A stretch of 32,977 bases of DNA from Fibrobacterales bacterium (GCA_051532055.1 JAOPTX010000027.1:1-32977); one strand, 5' to 3'; positions 18,798-28,015 are shown, numbered from the stretch's first letter. Made by a program: numbers and translations. Notes: a model not told the origin generated them from the letters alone.

Positions 18798-18839
18798 TCC
18801 GAGAGCATTCTTCTTGGTCTGAGTGCTCTCGGAATTTTC
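18798..18839 (+). terminator. Hairpin terminator after ptsG
   Basis: TCCGAGAGCATTC / GAGTGCTCTCGGA 13-bp stem followed by ATTTTCT. Confidence 0.7.
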
Positions 18840-18884
18840 TATTAGTTCAGATTATAAGAATACACGTACTACACATACGACCAC

Positions 18885-18924
18885 AGGGAAGGGCACACAA
18901 TTGGGGATGTCCTTCCCTTTTTTT
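18885..18924 (+). terminator. Second intrinsic terminator
   Basis: AGGGAAGGGCA / TGTCCTTCCCT stem followed by a T-run. Confidence 0.7.
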
Positions 18925-19130
18925 ATACCCAATTTATCTTTTTTAGCCCCTATAACACAATTTTTCACAAGAAAAACAATGTTACTAAGAGTTTACAAAT
19001 AACTGTTGAACCCCTCATTTTTGCTCACAAAATAGTCCCAAACGTGTAAATATTTGTCCATATTATTTGGTTGTTATTCAATGCTTAACTAGTATTACAC
19101 TCTATTGATTTACCTACTTAAAGCTTACTT

Positions 19131-21647
19131 ATGTCATTACATCATCCTTCACCTAATTCACTTAATCACGATTTCGTATTTGACCGTGATAGACAAGAAG
19201 CTCTTCAAGACGAGCTCCGCAATAAATTAAGATCCCGGTCCGGTGGGGGCGGTGGTGGCCTTGGCCCCAATCCCGCGTCAGGCGGAGGTGGTGGTGGAGG
19301 TTCAAGTAGCCCTGCATCAGGAGGTGGAAATTCCCAATCAAATGGCGGTGGCAGTAATGGGAATAACGCAGAGGATGAGCCACAAGAAGCTCAGCAACCC
19401 GTTGAAGAAGAGCAAGAAGAAATTCAAGAAGAATTAGTTTCTCTGACCAATGCAAAGTTTATTATTCCGGAAAGTGAAGAAGAGCTCGACAAAACAGTCG
19501 GTATAGACAAAGAGATTGGACTCGAAGTAGATGTTGAATACCTCACTGACCGTAAACCCAGTTCAATACAATTCAAGATCAGTCTTGAACATGATGGAGT
19601 GGTAGAAGACCTCCCCATAGTTAATGGTACCGTATCTGGTGGAAAAGCCACAGCGAAAGCTAAATTACTTATGCACAATGGTTTTTACAGTAAGGCCAAT
19701 AAAGCTGACGGTGAGAAATATGTCGTTAAACTGAATACACTTTGTGATGCCGATGGCGCAGAGTGCGTCGGGACAAATGAGGTTGAATTACCCCGCAAAC
19801 AAAAACAAATTTTCATGGTAGAGATTCACAGTGATGTGTTCCCTCATGATAACCTTATCCCTTGTCTGGACACCAATGCGACACTCATTGATTCTCTTGC
19901 TACCGCATTTCGACATGTTGGGCACTATGATGATGTTGAACAAGGAGTAAAGGGAGCTGATCATGAACTTGTGGTTCATGGGCACGCAAGTACCCTCAGT
20001 GACTCAGAAGTTCGTGCCAAGGCAATTAAAACACTTGTTGAAGACAGACGATCAAACTGGAGCACTATCTGTACCTCATATGGCACCATAAAAGACTATC
20101 AGCAATCATTAAAGGTACTCTCTGATAGTTATGGCTGGGATTGTGATCCTGGCTCTGTAGACGGTGATGATGGCGCTAAAACGATCGCTGCGATCATGGG
20201 GTTCCAACGCACATATAATTCATCCAATGGTGGTCAACAAGATTTACTCATTGATGGAGAGTGGGGCCCAAAATGCTGGAAAGGGCTCTTCAACACTATT
20301 CGCTCCCTTGCACTCTATTTGAGTCAAGTTGATAAAAGCAGAATTAAAACACGATTCCACTCTAAAGTTGATGGTGTTCTCCCTTGTGCCACTGCATTTC
20401 CTAAAAGTGAAACGGGGTGCCCGGAATACAAATCATCTACTGATGAACGGGTTGAATTACTGTACTTTCCAAAGCCAAACCCTCCCGTGCTTGCTACGCC
20501 TGCTTCTGATGCGGTTACTACTCAAGAGGCGGGGGCGTATGATCAGGCGCTTTGTGATATTGAGGTTGTGCCCTATGATGGGATTGATGCCTCAGGGTTA
20601 GATCGAATCGATGGTATCACAATCTGGACAGAAAATGATAAAGGTGAAAAAAGAGTTTCGTCTAACGGAGAATTAAATATAGTCCCTCCAAATTTGAAAC
20701 AAAAAGTTTTCATCAAAGCCCAAACAAGTTACAAGTCAACACCTATAGGCTTGGAATTAAATGGGGAGGATAATTCTTTTTTTAGTACTGAATCAATTGA
20801 TTTATCAAATCACCAAGGAAATTTCTCGGCCCCTAGCGCGGGAACAATGAGATGGGATAGATTAATTCCAATGAATGGGAAGTTAGAGCCTACCCTCACA
20901 CCTAAAATTATCAATATAACTACTACAGGTTCAAACCCAGTAACTACCCAATTAAATGTTTGGCCCAACAACGAAGAAGCACGTGAATGGAACCTTGCAA
21001 AGAACTTTTCATTCTTTAAAAGTATGGCTAAAAAAATACCCGGTGCAATAAGCTGGCTACCTGGTGCAGATGTCGAGTTTACTGCACTTGTAGGAAAAGT
21101 TGAAGCAAAAGGGGCCTTTAGTGAGGTCTCAAATAGCCATGAAGTATTCTATGCTTTTTCCGTTAATGGAGGCTTTAAGCCGCTAATTGCAGCAAAAATT
21201 GAACTATCTGTATCTGCTTGGAATTTAGTTGGACTTCCTGACTCACTGATGAAATACATTGCCGACATAAAAGGTGGCGTTGAATTTGAAGGCAAAATAG
21301 GATTTACTATTGAGGTAGCTAGAACTGGTATATCAGATTACAAAGGGAGCGGTGGAGTTAGCGGAAGTATTGGGATAAACTTTTTTCTTTCTGCTCTCAT
21401 TGCGAACGGTAAAGTACTAGAAGCAAAGGCGGCTATTGGCTCAGGTATAGAAGCGAAATCGAGATTAGGATTAGAAGCGAAAAACAAATGTAAGGATTGG
21501 TCTATGGAATTAAATTCAGACATAGAATTTGGTTTCCTAAAAGGAGAAATTAGCTGGACTGTTTTTGATGGGATGTGGGCTAGTAAAAATACATGCACAT
21601 TATATGAAGGAAAAAAGTGGACAGCCGATCCAATTAAATTATTTTAA
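19131..21647 (+). CDS. Large hypothetical protein: Gly/acidic N-terminus, degenerate OmpA-like domain interrupted by a PG_binding_1-like domain, beta-rich C-terminus (candidate effector)
   Basis: DPGSVDGDDGAKTIAAIMGFQ...LLIDGEWGPKCW (PG-binding 1); VVHGHASTLSDSEVRAKAIK and DERVELLYF (OmpA_C-like halves); no signal peptide. Confidence 0.7.
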   Translation: MSLHHPSPNSLNHDFVFDRDRQEALQDELRNKLRSRSGGGGGGLGPNPASGGGGGGGSSSPASGGGNSQSNGGGSNGNNAEDEPQEAQQPVEEEQEEIQEELVSLTNAKFIIPESEEELDKTVGIDKEIGLEVDVEYLTDRKPSSIQFKISLEHDGVVEDLPIVNGTVSGGKATAKAKLLMHNGFYSKANKADGEKYVVKLNTLCDADGAECVGTNEVELPRKQKQIFMVEIHSDVFPHDNLIPCLDTNATLIDSLATAFRHVGHYDDVEQGVKGADHELVVHGHASTLSDSEVRAKAIKTLVEDRRSNWSTICTSYGTIKDYQQSLKVLSDSYGWDCDPGSVDGDDGAKTIAAIMGFQRTYNSSNGGQQDLLIDGEWGPKCWKGLFNTIRSLALYLSQVDKSRIKTRFHSKVDGVLPCATAFPKSETGCPEYKSSTDERVELLYFPKPNPPVLATPASDAVTTQEAGAYDQALCDIEVVPYDGIDASGLDRIDGITIWTENDKGEKRVSSNGELNIVPPNLKQKVFIKAQTSYKSTPIGLELNGEDNSFFSTESIDLSNHQGNFSAPSAGTMRWDRLIPMNGKLEPTLTPKIINITTTGSNPVTTQLNVWPNNEEAREWNLAKNFSFFKSMAKKIPGAISWLPGADVEFTALVGKVEAKGAFSEVSNSHEVFYAFSVNGGFKPLIAAKIELSVSAWNLVGLPDSLMKYIADIKGGVEFEGKIGFTIEVARTGISDYKGSGGVSGSIGINFFLSALIANGKVLEAKAAIGSGIEAKSRLGLEAKNKCKDWSMELNSDIEFGFLKGEISWTVFDGMWASKNTCTLYEGKKWTADPIKLF

Positions 21648-21665
21648 CTTTAAAAAGGATTCTAG

Positions 21666-22112
21666 ATGACAATTTTACAAATTTTATCAATAGTAGCCGC
21701 CTTATTTACTTTGGTTGGCATTTATAGTTACAAAGTTCAATCCAGTTCATTTACTTGGACGCAAAATACCGCAACCATTGTTGATCATATCGTACAACAT
21801 GATAACGGTGGAGACCTGACTAAATATTTCCCTAAAGTATCATATAGATATGAGGTCAATTCTAAATCTTATACTTGTTCAACTTTCAGGTTGATGGGTA
21901 ACCCATTTTTTGGCACTGAAGCTGATGCAAATGTTTTTTTTAAAGATTACCCAATTGGAGAATCAATAGATATTTTTTATGACCCAGTACGCCCTCAACG
22001 TGCTATAATTGAGCATGTTAATATATTAGGTGCTAAAATATTTCTAGGTATTGGGATTACATTTTTGCTCGGCTGTGGTTTTTTCTGGATTAAAAAGCTA
22101 GGCTGGTTCTAA
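21666..22112 (+). CDS. DUF3592-like two-TM membrane protein
   Basis: N- and C-terminal TM helices; W....ATI, Y.P.VSY.Y.V, YP.G..I.IFYDP..P..A pattern. Confidence 0.8.
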   Translation: MTILQILSIVAALFTLVGIYSYKVQSSSFTWTQNTATIVDHIVQHDNGGDLTKYFPKVSYRYEVNSKSYTCSTFRLMGNPFFGTEADANVFFKDYPIGESIDIFYDPVRPQRAIIEHVNILGAKIFLGIGITFLLGCGFFWIKKLGWF

Positions 22113-22880
22113 ATGAACAAATACACCAGTATATATGTCAAATCCCACAAAGTAGCCTATTCTATTGCTATCAACGGCGTTACAGTAATTGCAAACAGAG
22201 AGAATACCCTACCTCAAAAAGAGCTCGGTATAAATCAATGGGTCACTAATGGAACCAATACTATCGATGTTAATTTATTTATAGCTGGCCATTTTTGGGA
22301 AGAACTTGAAGACCAATACCTTGATGTCAGAATATTTGAAACAGAAGTGAATGGTCAAGATCAGGTTGAATCAACAGTTAAAGAACTCCATTGGAAATGG
22401 GAACACGGTACAGAGTTTCCAATCAATCTCAGCGATACATTCTCCATTACTCTACCCTATTCAGGGTTTTTGTGGGACAAAGGTGAACCTCTCACTGAGG
22501 AAATCATCGACATAGAGAGCCTTAAGCAATATATCACTTCAATCAATACCCTAATGGACACAAAGAATTATGGTGTCATTGAACCTCTTGTCACACCAAA
22601 GGCTAAAGAACTTGCTGCTATGTATTATATACCAGTAGAACAACGCCTTAATGATCAACGTGCATTCTTCCATTCAGAACTATTCAGTACCCCCGGCTGG
22701 GGAATGGAACCGGTAAATTTTGAACATATGAATATTGAATATCATGTAGGCGGAAAGCTTATAGAAGTACTCGATCGCCAAGGTAAGCCAATTTTAAAAT
22801 CAAGACCCATTGATGATGCAGTATTTAGCCTGCCTATGTTTCTCAGTTACCAGAATGGTGGTTGGGTAATCTGCCGATAA
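22113..22880 (+). CDS. Hypothetical acidic cytoplasmic protein (candidate immunity/accessory protein)
   Basis: 255-aa ORF abutting the previous stop (TAAATG); no signal peptide; IxING...INQWVTNGTNTI beta-sandwich N-terminus. Confidence 0.7.
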   Translation: MNKYTSIYVKSHKVAYSIAINGVTVIANRENTLPQKELGINQWVTNGTNTIDVNLFIAGHFWEELEDQYLDVRIFETEVNGQDQVESTVKELHWKWEHGTEFPINLSDTFSITLPYSGFLWDKGEPLTEEIIDIESLKQYITSINTLMDTKNYGVIEPLVTPKAKELAAMYYIPVEQRLNDQRAFFHSELFSTPGWGMEPVNFEHMNIEYHVGGKLIEVLDRQGKPILKSRPIDDAVFSLPMFLSYQNGGWVICR

Positions 22881-22888
22881 AACAAAGC

Positions 22889-22926
22889 AAAAAAAACCTT
22901 CTCCAAGTATTCAGTTTGGAGAAGGT
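22889..22926 (-). terminator. Intrinsic terminator between convergent genes
   Basis: ACCTTCTCCAA / TTGGAGAAGGT 11-bp stem with an A-run on the left (U-tract on the minus strand). Confidence 0.8.
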
Positions 22927-22978
22927 ATTATATCTGAGTAAAGTACCTCATCATTAAATTATTATTTCAAGCTTTCCC

Positions 22979-25060
22979 CTACCTAAAAACCTTCCTTACA
23001 ACAACAACTCTATTCGGCGAAAACATCACTCGAGCAGACTCCCCATTAAAAAGCCCCAGATTACGACCACTCAAATCATACAATTGAAAGGTACCTTCCC
23101 CAAGTGTTTTGATTGGCGCCAGTGCAAAGGATGAAATAATTGAATCCTGAGACACAATGGGAACATCGACCGCAATAAGCGTATCATTACTGTTCAGAGA
23201 ATCTAAAACACCACTATCAATAGCACTACTATCAATCACCACAGGATCAGTATCGGGCACAATGACAGCTATAGAGTCTTCACTCACAACGGTATCAACC
23301 GGCTGCTCAACTACCACAGAATCTGCCACATCCACAACAGGATCAACGGGAACTTCTCCCTCGCTAACAAATCCATTCCGAATCCACGTATTTATATTCT
23401 CTGTTGCAAAAGCATTATGCCAGTTCTTTTTATGCCGGTTACGTACCTCAGTAATAAAAGCATCAAAGGTCGCTTCTTTCCCAAGGGAGGCCATATACCC
23501 TTCGATATCCCGTGTGGGCTCAAAGAACGAAGGTTCCGTTTCAGTGGCCCCCTCATCTCCACTGATTACCGACCAATCGTCGAGGGTGTGTGTCTCTTTA
23601 ACTACAGTAAACCACTCATTACGAGGGAGGGTATTGTAATAGTGGTTTTGTGTAAATGTGTAGTTTAAGACATCAGCACCCCCATGACGAATGAGCGAAG
23701 CTGTACCACTCTCCGAATGAAAGGTATTGTTACTCAACACCATTGAATCGCACTCTGCACCGTTTTCTATATAGAGTAATTGCCGAGCATTGGTCAGTCC
23801 ATAGACCACGTTGCTATCGAGGGTAACATTACGACTTGTTCCTTGTAAATTAAACCCCCATACATTCGTTACGACAGGGTTTGTATTATGGAGAAGATAG
23901 TTCCCCTTCACTAGCCCACCATCCCAATCATTGATATCGATATACCATCCAAGCGTTCTATTGGTTGGTTGTCCTCGCCCCATGTCGAGCATTACGTTAT
24001 TGGTCAATTCGACATTTTTAAATCGATATCCACCATCCTCATTATTGCCTCCAATACTCATAGCAATTTCCCCTTCAACATAGAGGTTGTTATCAATAAC
24101 AATATTTGAAGCGCTCCCTTCCCCATCGTTAGCAGTAAACTTATTACCGATACTCGACGCTCTTAAAAAGAGGTTATTTCGCATAACGACATTGTGCGGA
24201 TTGGCAAAGTAAGTATTATGATTAAACATCGTTGCCTGCCCATCAACCTGTTTATTTCCTTTGTCTACTTGTTGCTTATACCATCCATTATGATCAAATA
24301 CACATTCTTCAAGAGTCACTCCAATACCCGCGATATAAAAGCCTTGACTATGGGATTCAGTACTGTAATTGTCGAGTATTACTGTTCGGCGCACAACAAC
24401 ATCATCAAGGGTTCCCCAAGCCTGGACAGTGTTGCCGGTATAGAAGCGAAATCGACACCCTTCAATGAGCATTCCCGTTCCCGTCCATGTATCTCCCACA
24501 AAAACTTTAAAGCCTCCTGACCCTTCTCCACTTATGTAATCGGGATCATCAGGGTTACGGGTATGAGCATAAAAATCGAGATCGACAAAAGCAACATTAT
24601 TAAAGCTTTTACAACAATACCCAATACCCCCACCTTTACCCGTTTTAAGGAGGGGTCGTTCCTGTGCAGTACCGTATGAAGCGTAGAGAAAAGGAGCGTC
24701 TTTAGAGAGACCGCTCATCTTTTGTAACCCCTCATTGACCCAGACATCACCTCTCTTTAATAAAACCCAGTCCGGTTTACCTGAACGTACCGCTGCCGCT
24801 GCTGCTTTGATGGTCTTAAAAGGTTTCACCTGCCCTGTTGGTAGGAAGGGGTCTTCCCCTATTGCAGCATCCGTAGCTGTATAGGCAGCCCCCGTTGCAT
24901 CATTACCACTGGTACTCACGTATACTATTTGAGTTTCAGCATGAGGGATAAAAAGAGTCCACCCATCTCCATCCCGAGGAAGGGTGTTTTGGGCGAACGA
25001 TGTGACCGGCAAAGTAATACAGGTCAAAAAAAGGTATAGGGGTATGACAGACAGTTTCAT
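22979..25060 (-). CDS. Secreted right-handed parallel beta-helix (pectin lyase-like fold) protein with C-terminal sorting-like domain
   Basis: Signal peptide (TSFA-Q); YVSTSGND...PFKTI..A, LLKRGDVW, repeated Asn-ladder strands; D/S/V/P-rich linker; C-terminal FQLYDLSGR. Confidence 0.8.
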   Translation of the reverse strand: MKLSVIPLYLFLTCITLPVTSFAQNTLPRDGDGWTLFIPHAETQIVYVSTSGNDATGAAYTATDAAIGEDPFLPTGQVKPFKTIKAAAAAVRSGKPDWVLLKRGDVWVNEGLQKMSGLSKDAPFLYASYGTAQERPLLKTGKGGGIGYCCKSFNNVAFVDLDFYAHTRNPDDPDYISGEGSGGFKVFVGDTWTGTGMLIEGCRFRFYTGNTVQAWGTLDDVVVRRTVILDNYSTESHSQGFYIAGIGVTLEECVFDHNGWYKQQVDKGNKQVDGQATMFNHNTYFANPHNVVMRNNLFLRASSIGNKFTANDGEGSASNIVIDNNLYVEGEIAMSIGGNNEDGGYRFKNVELTNNVMLDMGRGQPTNRTLGWYIDINDWDGGLVKGNYLLHNTNPVVTNVWGFNLQGTSRNVTLDSNVVYGLTNARQLLYIENGAECDSMVLSNNTFHSESGTASLIRHGGADVLNYTFTQNHYYNTLPRNEWFTVVKETHTLDDWSVISGDEGATETEPSFFEPTRDIEGYMASLGKEATFDAFITEVRNRHKKNWHNAFATENINTWIRNGFVSEGEVPVDPVVDVADSVVVEQPVDTVVSEDSIAVIVPDTDPVVIDSSAIDSGVLDSLNSNDTLIAVDVPIVSQDSIISSFALAPIKTLGEGTFQLYDLSGRNLGLFNGESARVMFSPNRVVVVRKVFR

Positions 25061-25102
25061 GATGCCTCCATTTATGGTGTATGTAAATGTTTTAGTGTGT
25101 GG

Positions 25103-26569
25103 TTACTGACAATTTTGCTGGGAGAGCCAGTCACCTCCTGCATATGTTGTAAGCCACGTTACACGGGCATCTGATTCATTACACAAAAAGTTTTTTCCAA
25201 TAATTAGTTTTTCAATTGGTTTCAGGGTAGTTATTATTTCTGGTAAACGTTCCAATTTATTGCTATAGAGATCGAGATAGGTTAACCGTGTTAATGCATC
25301 GATAGCAAACTCTATTTCATTGATATTGTTAAAGGTTAATTGTAGAGTCTGCAATGATATAAGACTACTCATTGATTGTGGGAGTTCTGTTAGGTTATTA
25401 TCACTTGCCCACAACTCCTTAAGCTGTGTGAGTGCGCCAATATTTTCGGGTAGTTCATTGAGGCCACATGAAAAAATATCCAGTAATTCCAAAGTAGTGA
25501 GTTGACCAAGAGCCGCTGGCAGCGAATCGAGGGGATTTGCTCCTAACCCTAATTTTATAAGTCTTGGAAATGTATAATAGCTGTCAGGTAAACCATGCAG
25601 TGCATTATGAGACAATTTCAAATACTGTAAATTTGTTAAATCTGCGAGAGCCTCAGGTAATGTACCGAGTGCATTGCTGTCGGCAATGAGATATGAGAGC
25701 CTTCGGAGATTACCGAGTTCACTGGGAAGTGTGGTTAATTGATTACTCGTAATATCAAGAACATCGAGGAAACTCAGTCGCTGAATAGTTGGATCTAACT
25801 GTGATAACTGTAAGTTTCGCAAATCCAATGAACGTATTCGCCCCCCCGACACAGTACTCACACTATCGACAGAGAGCTCTGATGTAGAGGTTGAGGCTTG
25901 TAAGAATTGTGACACTAACAGTGAATCAGCACTGTACGTCCCCACCTGTGGAGAATCCCATGTCGCCAAACTCGACGAGATATTATGCAACACTTGAACT
26001 TCAGCCGATACCACAGGAGCGTATTCTAATACTATCGAATCGCCACTGGAACCTTTAATGACGACATCATAGGTTCCTTCAGCGAGCTTGGGGAAAAAGA
26101 ACCCGCCATGGCTATCGATGGAGCTTGTTACATCTGAACCCTTTAAATATACTTCTCCTCCATTTACACCTGGGATCGATCCTGAAAGCCCCCCTTTAGG
26201 AGTGAGAGAAAAGGCAAGGCTTTTTGCAGAAGAGTCAGCAGCATCAATATTCTGTAACCGCGCTCCAAGAGTATCTTCAAAATGAACCGTCACCGTATAC
26301 TGATTCATTCCAGGAACCGAAAGTGAAAATGTTCCACTCGCATCGGTAACGGTATCTTTCACCCCTTCCGCTCTATCATCTCCAAATCGGAAGTCTGCTG
26401 GACGAATAGATACCTTTGCTGCGACTACAGGGGCTCCCTTTTCTACAACACTACCGGCGACAATAGCATTTCCTGAATCGGTAGTACCGCCAGCAACATC
26501 ATCACTGAGAGAACACCCCACAATGAGTATTATACCAGTAACTAGGAAAAAGAGAACCTTATTATGCAT
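25103..26569 (-). CDS. Leucine-rich repeat lipoprotein with N-terminal Ig/carboxypeptidase-regulatory-like domains
   Basis: Lipobox IVG-C followed by AGGTTDSGN; TVTDASGTFSL; about nine LxxLxLxxNxLxxLP repeats with a Cys cap. Confidence 0.88.
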   Translation of the reverse strand: MHNKVLFFLVTGIILIVGCSLSDDVAGGTTDSGNAIVAGSVVEKGAPVVAAKVSIRPADFRFGDDRAEGVKDTVTDASGTFSLSVPGMNQYTVTVHFEDTLGARLQNIDAADSSAKSLAFSLTPKGGLSGSIPGVNGGEVYLKGSDVTSSIDSHGGFFFPKLAEGTYDVVIKGSSGDSIVLEYAPVVSAEVQVLHNISSSLATWDSPQVGTYSADSLLVSQFLQASTSTSELSVDSVSTVSGGRIRSLDLRNLQLSQLDPTIQRLSFLDVLDITSNQLTTLPSELGNLRRLSYLIADSNALGTLPEALADLTNLQYLKLSHNALHGLPDSYYTFPRLIKLGLGANPLDSLPAALGQLTTLELLDIFSCGLNELPENIGALTQLKELWASDNNLTELPQSMSSLISLQTLQLTFNNINEIEFAIDALTRLTYLDLYSNKLERLPEIITTLKPIEKLIIGKNFLCNESDARVTWLTTYAGGDWLSQQNCQ

Positions 26570-27413
26570 CCTGAGGCCTTTCCACTTTTTGTACCGGTTT
26601 ACTTACAGGAAAAAGCTCAAAATTAAGTTCATAAACCCTTGAAGCATCATCGTTGTCAGTAACAATCTGTTTCACCCTATCTTTAAAGGCATTGAGTTCT
26701 TCACACAGTGCTGAATATTGTTGTTCAGAAACACCAAGAGTCATAGTTGAGATATGACGCACATCGCGACTCATCTCTAGAGCAGCTCTTCCATGCTTAA
26801 GCATGGAATCTGTATAACTTCTCACAGCCATACTTTGTATTGCACTATCCGCAATAATACTTTGATCAGTCTGCGTATACCCACCAGAGCTTTCTTGAGC
26901 TATGAGGTCTAACTCAAGTAATGTATTAATTGCATATTTAGCTTCGGTTGCACTAATAGGTGGAATAATCAGTGCCCCTAGTTCACTCGCTTTTATTTTT
27001 GGAGGACACAGGGTTATTAATTCACGAATCACTGGTGTGTACCAATTCTTAAAATAGTCAAACTGATTCGTTTGCAGTACTGCCTCTTTAACGCCCCCTT
27101 TTAAGGAACGAAGAACCGCATAGCATTCGCTTTTCTCTGATGAGGTCTTTGCTTGATTAAACAGTACGAGGTTTTTAAAATAAATTGCTTCTTTATCTGA
27201 TAAATTGAGTGCCTTGCTAAATTTATCGATCATTGGACGAGTAAGATTTCTTTCTCCATCAATAACCCGGCGCAAAAATGATGATGATGAAATTCCAGCT
27301 GCTTGGGCAAAATAACGATGAGAAAACACAGCACTCTTCTTCTTTTTATAAGCATAATATTCACCGAGATACACTCGATAATCAATATATTCTGTGACTA
27401 ATCGTAATTCCAT
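26562..27413 (-). CDS. TIGR02147 family protein (N-terminal HTH, DUF4423-like C-terminus)
   Basis: EYIDYRVYL.EYY, FSHRYFAQAAGISSSSFL..VIDGERNLT, YF.NLVLFNQA, WY.PVIREL, RHISTMTLGVS, VYELNFELFPVS; start placed at ATG 27413. Confidence 0.88.
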   Translation of the reverse strand: MELRLVTEYIDYRVYLGEYYAYKKKKSAVFSHRYFAQAAGISSSSFLRRVIDGERNLTRPMIDKFSKALNLSDKEAIYFKNLVLFNQAKTSSEKSECYAVLRSLKGGVKEAVLQTNQFDYFKNWYTPVIRELITLCPPKIKASELGALIIPPISATEAKYAINTLLELDLIAQESSGGYTQTDQSIIADSAIQSMAVRSYTDSMLKHGRAALEMSRDVRHISTMTLGVSEQQYSALCEELNAFKDRVKQIVTDNDDASRVYELNFELFPVSKPVQKVERPQDA

Positions 27414-27475
27414 AGGACTAATATAGAATTTTATGTCACATACCAAAGTATTTCGCTCTAATATCATCCAATTTC

Positions 27476-27566
27476 CGTGCACATAGCGTGCGCAAATATG
27501 GCAGATAAAACATCTATTTAGTCATTTATCATTACATTATCTAATGTCAACATAATTACGTGCACA
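27476..27566. promoter_or_regulatory. CGTGCRCA direct repeats upstream of the TIGR02147 gene
   Basis: CGTGCACA (27476), CGTGCGCA (27487, +11 bp), CGTGCACA (27559) in an AT-rich intergenic region. Confidence 0.5.
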
Positions 27567-27616
27567 CCGAGATCACTGCATCGAGCCTGACTATAACTCT
27601 AGATAATACGCTCTCA

Positions 27617-28015
27617 TTAAATGGGAGAACGGGATGCCATCTTACATTCCAAAGTCGCCATAGTGATAATTATTCCCGCTTCACCAACAAAGTAGAGCAC
27701 CCCATAAAAACTCAGCTCAGAGAAATAGAGCAGAACAAGTAATAGTGTCAAAAAGCAGTAGAAGTAATTTGCCACGGCAATTCCATAGAGAAAGGGCCGT
27801 TGGTATCCCTTCAGAAGAACAGCACAAAACAGAGAATAGATACTATATGCGACAGCAACGAGGGCAAGACCATAGAGCACCATGGGCGGCATCCCAAACA
27901 GACTCTCAAATTGAACAAGCACCAGCCCCAGTAATACTGCAGTCAACAGTGCTCCAGCACTATCAATATAGAAGAGCCTTTTAGGGTTCAATTGATGTAA
28001 AATGGAATCAAGCAT
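27617..28015 (-). CDS. Small four-TM hypothetical membrane protein
   Basis: AAGGAGA RBS before ATG 28015; four hydrophobic segments (LFYIDSAGALLTA..., FGMP...). Confidence 0.75.
   Translation of the reverse strand: MLDSILHQLNPKRLFYIDSAGALLTAVLLGLVLVQFESLFGMPPMVLYGLALVAVAYSIYSLFCAVLLKGYQRPFLYGIAVANYFYCFLTLLLVLLYFSELSFYGVLYFVGEAGIIITMATLECKMASRSPI

Noticed and set aside
19236..19370. GC-rich GGT/GGC run as a DNA repeat element
   Set aside because: Explained by poly-Gly coding in the 838-aa ORF
23157..23639. 160-aa Ser/Thr-rich plus-strand ORF
   Set aside because: Antisense to the low-complexity linker of the beta-helix gene
27414..27482. Extended N-terminus of TIGR02147 from the ORF track (likewise the upstream extensions of napB, tatA and the 27617 gene)
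   Set aside because: Downstream ATGs fit family starts, RBSs or stop-start coupling better
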